IMG/VR virus record: IMGVR_UViG_3300045988_105630 | Reading direction: 5' to 3' (one strand) | Length of the DNA: 38,339 nt | Source: a virus | Notes under the pieces: model-generated | Told to the model about the DNA's origin: nothing | Database searches by the model: none | Seen by the model: the letters and a program-made list of their open reading frames with translations, nothing else | Made by a program: the position numbers and the translations under genes | Shown here: piece by piece, positions 4,619 through 10,455 of the stretch | Layout: each line of letters starts with the position of its first letter | How positions within the stretch are numbered: position 1 is the first letter of the stretch

Positions 4619-5596
4619 ATGAAACAACAAAGAATTCCAGACAAACCATTTAAAACAATTGAAGAACAAATTCAGATATTAAGATCTAGAAAATTAATTA
4701 TAGAAGATGAAAAATTTGCTGAATATGCGCTATTTACTTTTTCGTATTACGACTTAATCAATGGATATAAAGAATGTTTCATGGTAGATGATGAGTTTAG
4801 ACCAAACATTTCAATTGAATACTTGTATAATTTTTGTAGATTCGACCATAGATTACAAAACATTATTTTTCAATATAGCGTAATAGTTGAGACAAAATTT
4901 AAAACAGCTCTTGCCTATGTAATCTCAAAAAATCACGGAGTGTTTCAAGATGAATATCTATCAAGAAATAATTACATAAGATCCTCTAAAAATAAAAATA
5001 AAGTCGATAAAATTCTAAGTAAAGTTAGAGAAACTTATTCGCATAATTTTAAACATTTAGAAAACCCTACAAAACATTATATAGATACGAAAAATCACAT
5101 TCCTCCATGGATACTATTTAAAAATGTAACCTTTAATAACGTCATAAATCTATATTCAATACTAAATAATAATGACAAAAAAGAAGTTTGCAGTTTGATT
5201 TTAGATATAGATTTGCCAGAAAATCAAAAGCTTCAACTTTTTAAAGATTGCCTTACTATTATAAGACAATTTAGAAATAAAATCGCTCATAAATTGAAAT
5301 TTATCAGCTTCAAAACAAAAAGTAATCACCTATCAAAAAAAGTACTCACAGAAACTTCTTTCGACATTTTGTTTGATAAAAAAGTATACAACGAAGCTTA
5401 TAGTGCAATTATAGCTCTTAATATAATGTTAAATAAAAATTTAGATCTTTTAATAAGTCTAAATGCATCACTAAGTTCATTGTTAACACAACAAGATAAC
5501 AAAGAAATAATTCAAGATTATTGTAATATAACATCAATACCATTGGATTTTGACGAAAGAGCCAAAAACTTTTTAAGTGATTTATATAGACATTAA
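4619..5596 (+). CDS. Abi_2 family (AbiD/AbiF-like) HEPN abortive-infection protein
   Basis: The ORF track gives 4589..5596, but that GTG lies inside the terminator stem. The ATG at 4619 has the SD AGGAAAG. N-terminus: MKQQRIPDKPFKTIEEQIQILRSRKLIIEDEKFAEYALFTFSYYDLINGY. It carries the R-x4-H motif RQFRNKIAH. Confidence 0.7.
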   Translation: MKQQRIPDKPFKTIEEQIQILRSRKLIIEDEKFAEYALFTFSYYDLINGYKECFMVDDEFRPNISIEYLYNFCRFDHRLQNIIFQYSVIVETKFKTALAYVISKNHGVFQDEYLSRNNYIRSSKNKNKVDKILSKVRETYSHNFKHLENPTKHYIDTKNHIPPWILFKNVTFNNVINLYSILNNNDKKEVCSLILDIDLPENQKLQLFKDCLTIIRQFRNKIAHKLKFISFKTKSNHLSKKVLTETSFDILFDKKVYNEAYSAIIALNIMLNKNLDLLISLNASLSSLLTQQDNKEIIQDYCNITSIPLDFDERAKNFLSDLYRH

Positions 5597-5643
5597 CAAA
5601 AAAAGCCCCTCATTAGCGACAACTAATAAAGGACTTAAAGTGT

Positions 5644-5685
5644 AGTATATGCTATATACCTAGCACTAATATTATAGCATATGCT
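5644..5685. repeat. Imperfect 13-bp inverted repeat AGTATATGCTATA / TATAGCATATGCT flanking a 16-bp core. It is a candidate attP core or integrase-promoter operator.
   Basis: Read directly. The arms at 5644..5656 and 5673..5685 have one mismatch. The repeat lies 30 bp upstream of the serine integrase start. Confidence 0.35.
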
Positions 5686-5715
5686 CCTAAAAAAACATAA
5701 AAAAGGAGTAAAAGT

Positions 5716-7182
5716 ATGAAAAAAGCAGTAGGTTATTGTAGATTTTCTACAGACATGCAAAGAGAAGAATCTATCATGGCACAAATGAGAGCCATAGATG
5801 AATTCGCAAAAAGAGAATCAATAGAAATTATAAAATATTATAAAGACCAAGGACAATCAGGAACTTCCGACAACAGAGATGATTTTCAACTGATGATGAA
5901 AGAAGTTAAAAACATAGATTACGTTATTGTCCACAAATTTGATAGATTCGCTAGAAATAGCTTTGACCACGTAATAAACGAAAGAAAACTAAACAACAAA
6001 GGAATCAAATTAGTTTCAGTACTTGAACCAGTTGGAGAAAATCCAGAAAGCATATTAACCAAAAATCTACTTATAGGAATGAATGAGTATTTCTCTCTTA
6101 ACCTCTCAAGAGAAGTTAAAAAGGGACACAAAGAAAATGCACTACAATGTAAATTCAATGGAGGAACTCCCCCACTTGGATATAAAATTGTAGACGGATT
6201 TTACAAAATTGATGAAGAAGAAGCAAAAATCGTAGAAAAGATATTTGCTCTAAGACTACAAAATTATAGCTATCAAAAGATTGCAGATACATTGAACGGT
6301 TTAGGATACAAAAACAAGTATGGCAAAGAATTTAACCGCAATTCTTTCTATGAAATGCTACAAAATAAAAGATATAAAGGTACTTATATCTACGGAGTTA
6401 ATGATGGCAGTGGAGAAGTAAGAAACTATAGAAAAAGAAATTCTGAATGGGTAGAAATAGAAGACGCTATCCCAGCGATAATTACAAAAGAGGTGTGGGA
6501 AGAAGTGAATAAAAAATATAGAAAAAGATCAGGAGCCTTTAAGAAAGATGCAAGAGATTATATACTATCAGGATTAGTTTTCTGTGAACAATGTGGCGCC
6601 CCTATGCTAGGATGTAGTAGACAATCCTCTACTGGGAAGAAATACTATTATTACCGCTGCAACGATAGATGTGGAGCTAAGTCAATAAGAGCCGACCTAT
6701 TAGAAGAAGTTGTAACAAGCCTTATAAGAGATCATTTAATTCACGAAAAAAATATAGATGTTATAGTTGATTATGTAGTATCCAATTATGAAATGGAAAA
6801 TCCTTATAGAGAATTAGAAAAACAAAAAAACAAACTAATTAGACAAAGAGACAATATAGTTAATTTAATGGCTGAAACAGGTTCAAAAGCATTAATTGAT
6901 AAACTGGAACAATTAGATAGACAAATAGATAATATCTACATACCGCCTTTCAAACAAGTAGTATTAGATAGAGACGTGATCAAAAAAAGATATCTTCAAT
7001 TCCTTCATGAGCCTTTAACTGGATCCATGATAAGACTTCTAATAAAAAAAATAAAGGTTAACGACCATAAAACGATCATTAACCTTGTAAATTACCCAAA
7101 TGAATTACTCAATGGGTATAGTAATGGTGCAGGAAAAACACCACAAAATTTATACCCACGTGAAATAGAACTAATTTCTTAA
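5716..7182 (+). CDS. Large serine recombinase (phage integrase)
   Basis: ORF track, 488 aa. N-terminal resolvase-type domain: AVGYCRFSTDMQREES...VHKFDRFARN. A central recombinase domain is followed by the Zn-ribbon CEQCGAPM...YYYYRCNDRCG and a C-terminal coiled-coil. Confidence 0.9.
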   Translation: MKKAVGYCRFSTDMQREESIMAQMRAIDEFAKRESIEIIKYYKDQGQSGTSDNRDDFQLMMKEVKNIDYVIVHKFDRFARNSFDHVINERKLNNKGIKLVSVLEPVGENPESILTKNLLIGMNEYFSLNLSREVKKGHKENALQCKFNGGTPPLGYKIVDGFYKIDEEEAKIVEKIFALRLQNYSYQKIADTLNGLGYKNKYGKEFNRNSFYEMLQNKRYKGTYIYGVNDGSGEVRNYRKRNSEWVEIEDAIPAIITKEVWEEVNKKYRKRSGAFKKDARDYILSGLVFCEQCGAPMLGCSRQSSTGKKYYYYRCNDRCGAKSIRADLLEEVVTSLIRDHLIHEKNIDVIVDYVVSNYEMENPYRELEKQKNKLIRQRDNIVNLMAETGSKALIDKLEQLDRQIDNIYIPPFKQVVLDRDVIKKRYLQFLHEPLTGSMIRLLIKKIKVNDHKTIINLVNYPNELLNGYSNGAGKTPQNLYPREIELIS

Positions 7183-7195
7183 ATTTAGATGTTAG

Positions 7196-7217
7196 AAGGG
7201 CCATTCAGGCCCTTTTT
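7196..7217. terminator. Bidirectional intrinsic terminator between the convergent integrase and holin genes
   Basis: AAGGGCC-attca-GGCCCTT followed by TTT, with A-rich sequence on the other side. Confidence 0.65.
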
Positions 7218-7238
7218 AATTTATCGTATTTTTCTTAA

Positions 7239-7442
7239 TTATTTTTCTTTATAATAGTTCATTGAACTAATTCCTAATAGCGCTCCAATGAATAGATCCA
7301 CCGCGGATATTGTTCCCGCTACTTCCTTTGCATATGGAAATCCCCATATACCCGCCACCGCTACATATAAAGTTGCAGCAGCAGGTAGCAATATCTGAGC
7401 AATCCATTTCAACACATCATACGTTTCATTTTTTAATTTCAT
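7239..7442 (-). CDS. Holin (two transmembrane segments, phiLC3-type by resemblance)
   Basis: ORF track, 67 aa. TYDVLKWIAQILLPAAATLYVAVAGIWGFPY...LFIGALLGISSMNYY. It lies directly downstream of and abuts the endolysin gene. Confidence 0.75.
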   Translation of the reverse strand: MKLKNETYDVLKWIAQILLPAAATLYVAVAGIWGFPYAKEVAGTISAVDLFIGALLGISSMNYYKEK

Positions 7443-8402
7443 TTATTTCCTCCTTAAAAACTTACTTCTGTCTTTCAAAAATTCATCAACCCTATCGGCA
7501 CTTACTAAATAGTCACAGTACCCAGTGATACCGTAATCTTTTCCACTAATTTTACCAGTAGAATTTCCAATTCCAATTATCGTATCTTTTGATCTCTTCA
7601 TCTTGCCGAAATCCATGTTTAATTCAGCAGGAACCAAAACCGCTTTATGTTGTTTAGCAATTTTCACTGCCAATTCGTAGTCTTTCGCTTCATAGGTTAC
7701 TACAGTCTGCTTAATTTGATCCAGTAATTTTTCTTCTTCCATCTTTGTAAGTCCTTTCACTTCTGCTTTTTGTTCCTTGTATCCGTTAAGCCCTAATTTT
7801 TTCATCAAGCTTGGATAATCCACAAAACACCAGTTTGTATCAACACCGCCCTCTCCAGTCGATGCTATACCGCGCCATTGACCTTGATTTGTGTATTGGT
7901 GCATTCCATATTTGCCGTTGTAGTTTACATTCTTATTCCAGTGAGCTATCCAAATATCGTATTTTTTAATACGTTCCCAGTATAATCTGCTGTCAAGGAA
8001 TGCCTTGTTACTGTAAATACCAACGTAATACCCTGCTCGTTCAACCTCTGAACAAAATCTAACGGTATAATTCGTTAATTGTGTGTTTGTGTATCTTCGT
8101 CCACTCAAACTAAAGTCTTCGATATCGAAGTATATTGGATATTCCAATTGCTTACCCTTTAGTGCTTTCAAAGTCATATCAATTTCAGAACTGATGTTCA
8201 AATAACTTGCAACATACACACCAACACCGATTCCAGCTTTCTTACACTCTCTGTAATTGTATTCAAATGTTTTATCGATATATCCACCATTGTAACCGCT
8301 GCCAAGACGTAATATCGCAAATTGTACGCCAGTTCGCTTAGCTTTAGCCCAGTCAGGATATCCGTTGTACTTCGATACATCCACACCTACAAGCTTAGTC
8401 AT
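7443..8402 (-). CDS. Endolysin: GH25 muramidase N-terminal domain plus a C-terminal (probable cell-wall-binding) domain
   Basis: ORF track, 319 aa. GVDVSKYNGYPDWAKAKRTGVQFAILRLGSGYNGGYIDKTFEYNYRECKKAGIGVGVYVASY is the GH25 signature pattern. Confidence 0.85.
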   Translation of the reverse strand: MTKLVGVDVSKYNGYPDWAKAKRTGVQFAILRLGSGYNGGYIDKTFEYNYRECKKAGIGVGVYVASYLNISSEIDMTLKALKGKQLEYPIYFDIEDFSLSGRRYTNTQLTNYTVRFCSEVERAGYYVGIYSNKAFLDSRLYWERIKKYDIWIAHWNKNVNYNGKYGMHQYTNQGQWRGIASTGEGGVDTNWCFVDYPSLMKKLGLNGYKEQKAEVKGLTKMEEEKLLDQIKQTVVTYEAKDYELAVKIAKQHKAVLVPAELNMDFGKMKRSKDTIIGIGNSTGKISGKDYGITGYCDYLVSADRVDEFLKDRSKFLRRK

Positions 8403-8432
8403 ATAATCACACCTTTCATAAAAATTTATAAT

Positions 8433-8465
8433 AAAAAAGCACTATGTAGTGTGATACATAATGCT
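8433..8465 (-). terminator. Intrinsic terminator ending HicAB cassette 1
   Basis: The minus-strand RNA reads AGCAUUAUGUA-ucacac-UACAUAGUGCU, an 11-bp stem with one G.U pair, followed by UUUUUU. Confidence 0.65.
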
Positions 8466-8548
8466 TGATTTATTAATTATTGTAATTAATTTAAATATAT
8501 TTTTTTTATTGTTGTAACCTAGTATATAACTTATGCCATTAAAATAAG

Positions 8549-8956
8549 TTATCTATTAACCCCTAAATATTCTTTTAATGACGTTTGAAGAATTTTAGAA
8601 AAATTAACATTGTTATCCTCAGCTAAGTCATTTAACCATTTAGGAATTGTAACCGTCTTTTTTATAGACTTGTTTTCTATTTCATCACGTATTAAAGGCA
8701 TCCAAACAGAAATATAAGATACCGATTGATTTTCTTCAGTGAAAATAGGCTTATTTTTAGGTGGTTCAATTTCAATGTTGTTTTCTTCTTTAGCATAAAG
8801 AACCAATCCTAAGACATCTTTTGCATTATATAAAGCCTCTTCCAAAGACTCACCGTCAGTAAAGCAATCTTCCAAATCGGGAAAATCAACGTAGTATATT
8901 CCGTCACTTTTATCATACGTTATTATACAAGGATATGAATATTTGTCTTTTTTCAT
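8549..8956 (-). CDS. hicB: HicB-family antitoxin
   Basis: ORF track, 135 aa. YSYPCIITYDKSDGIYYVDFPDLEDCFTDGESLEEALYNAKDVLGLVL is the HicB N-terminal pattern. It lies directly downstream of hicA. Confidence 0.8.
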   Translation of the reverse strand: MKKDKYSYPCIITYDKSDGIYYVDFPDLEDCFTDGESLEEALYNAKDVLGLVLYAKEENNIEIEPPKNKPIFTEENQSVSYISVWMPLIRDEIENKSIKKTVTIPKWLNDLAEDNNVNFSKILQTSLKEYLGVNR

Positions 8957-8984
8957 AAAATCTCTCCTAACTAGAGGTTTAGGG

Positions 8985-9170
8985 CTAAAATTTTAGCCCT
9001 GTTATTCTCTTAATGTTCGCCAAAGTTCCAGCTGGAATATCTTTCTTATTGCATTTTATAGGACATATTTTACCGTCTTTAATGTAAATTTCATGCGAAC
9101 CAGTTGTATGGTCATAAACCCAACCGTTATTTTTGAGAACCTTTATAACCTCTCTATATGGTTTAACCAT
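8985..9170 (-). CDS. hicA: HicA-family mRNA interferase toxin
   Basis: ORF track, 61 aa. REVIKVLKNNGWVYDHTTGSHEIY...IPAGTLANIKRITGL is the YcfA/HicA pattern. Confidence 0.85.
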   Translation of the reverse strand: MVKPYREVIKVLKNNGWVYDHTTGSHEIYIKDGKICPIKCNKKDIPAGTLANIKRITGLKF

Positions 9171-9257
9171 ACTCCCTCCAATCTTATAATTGTCTTTAAA
9201 GTCGTTGATTGGTATTTGAGGGTTGAGTACTTGAGCAAGTATCTAACTTGCACTTAT

Positions 9258-9286
9258 ATTATACACGTATTATTAACACGTGTCAA
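9258..9286 (-). promoter_or_regulatory. Perfect consensus promoter TTGACA-17-TATAAT for HicAB cassette 1, with the inverted repeat ACACGT-n9-ACGTGT in and around the spacer
   Basis: Minus strand reads TTGACAcgtgttaataatacgtgTATAAT. The inverted-repeat arms lie at 9263..9268 and 9278..9283. Confidence 0.7.
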
Positions 9287-9305
9287 CACTTTTTGTTTTC
9301 TTTTT

Positions 9306-9650
9306 CTAGTCGTCATATCGTCTACCTCCTCCCAGTACAATCTGCTTCATTTCTCCAAGAATCTTCAATATTTCTTCTTGATTTTTTAGTATTTCATCAT
9401 GATCTCTTTGTAAATCTAATGCATTAATATTATGATGTTCAAGTTTTTCTTTGAGATCTAATAACTGTCTTTTAAAATCTACAGTTTCGTCATAATGCCT
9501 GTTTGTAATCTCCGTATTTCTATCTATCGACTTGTTAAAATTCATCCACGCATTCACAAAAAGAGGTGCGTATTTAAACACAAACACGCACACTCCGGCC
9601 GCAAACGCGAAGGTAAATCCAGTGTCAAGCAGTTTTAGAAATTGTTGCAT
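9306..9650 (-). CDS. N-terminally membrane-anchored coiled-coil protein, possibly a holin-like or lysis-accessory protein
   Basis: ORF track, 114 aa. A hydrophobic stretch (GFTFAFAAGVCVFVFKYAPLFV) is followed by charged heptad-like sequence. It sits between the tail genes and the lysis genes. The function is a guess. Confidence 0.35.
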   Translation of the reverse strand: MQQFLKLLDTGFTFAFAAGVCVFVFKYAPLFVNAWMNFNKSIDRNTEITNRHYDETVDFKRQLLDLKEKLEHHNINALDLQRDHDEILKNQEEILKILGEMKQIVLGGGRRYDD

Positions 9651-9665
9651 TTATCCCTCCTCGTG

Positions 9666-10043
9666 TTAAATCACTATAGTTGCCTTTTCATCTACCTCGT
9701 AAATCTTAATATCGTAGTAATTGTAGCTAGTATTACGAATCTTAATGTCGCAATTTTTTGTAATTCTGAAAACACTGTTATTTTTCACAGTGTTGTATGA
9801 ACCACTAACCACGATTGAATATTCGTTGTCTGGTTTACTTGTTACGAATTTATAATTTTTGTAAGTGTTCAGTTTGTTCCAAGAATTAACACTAAACTCA
9901 TAACTCGATCGTCCAGTATCATAATACACTAAAGTTCCTATGTCTTTTTCCCACACAATATCAATACCACGATATACTTTCAAAATTTGCTTACTGCCAA
10001 GCTTTATGTCCTTTGTGTCTTTGCCTATTTTAATCATAAGCAA
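9666..10043 (-). CDS. Hypothetical tail-fibre-associated protein (paralogue of 10114..10452 at its N-terminus)
   Basis: ORF track, 125 aa. The N-terminus IKIGKDTKDIKLGSKQILKVYRGIDIVWEK parallels IPKSVGNKDVSKIMKGSSLVWEK of the neighbouring ORF. Confidence 0.5.
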   Translation of the reverse strand: MLMIKIGKDTKDIKLGSKQILKVYRGIDIVWEKDIGTLVYYDTGRSSYEFSVNSWNKLNTYKNYKFVTSKPDNEYSIVVSGSYNTVKNNSVFRITKNCDIKIRNTSYNYYDIKIYEVDEKATIVI

Positions 10044-10113
10044 TCGTAGGGTACTACATAACTTGTACTACCCCCCCCGTGTAAATGTGTATTTTTCAAC
10101 GTTTTGCGCTCCT

Positions 10114-10452
10114 TTATTTATAAGTTACTGTTATAATTGTTCCTGCACGTATCCAGTCGTTTGTACCAAAGATTTCATCAAAAGATTTTGAAAATTCTAA
10201 ATACGGTACACTATTAGTAATGCCGTCCACCACTTCTCCTAAATCTCCAATTTTAACAGAGATTATTTGTTTGTCTTTTAGTTCTGGCTGAAAATCTCTT
10301 GGCACAATCAAATTATTAGCATATTGAGATATTCGGTTACTTATAGTCCACGATATAGTTTTAATCGACAATTTCTCCCATACCAAACTACTACCTTTCA
10401 TAATCTTTGAAACATCCTTATTTCCAACCGATTTTGGTATTTTACTTATCAT
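10114..10452 (-). CDS. Hypothetical tail-fibre-associated protein
   Basis: ORF track, 112 aa. It lies immediately downstream of the tail fibre gene and shares an N-terminal motif with 9666..10043. Confidence 0.5.
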   Translation of the reverse strand: MISKIPKSVGNKDVSKIMKGSSLVWEKLSIKTISWTISNRISQYANNLIVPRDFQPELKDKQIISVKIGDLGEVVDGITNSVPYLEFSKSFDEIFGTNDWIRAGTIITVTYK

Positions 10453-10455
10453 TTT

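Noticed and set aside
7183-7238. attP located in the int-holin gap
   Set aside because: The gap is almost fully explained by a 7-bp-stem bidirectional terminator and contains no longer imperfect inverted repeat. The repeat at 5644..5685 is the better candidate, though neither is proven.
8198-8386. 62-aa ORF nested in the endolysin gene
   Set aside because: It is an out-of-frame ORF inside the conserved GH25 domain, with no SD.
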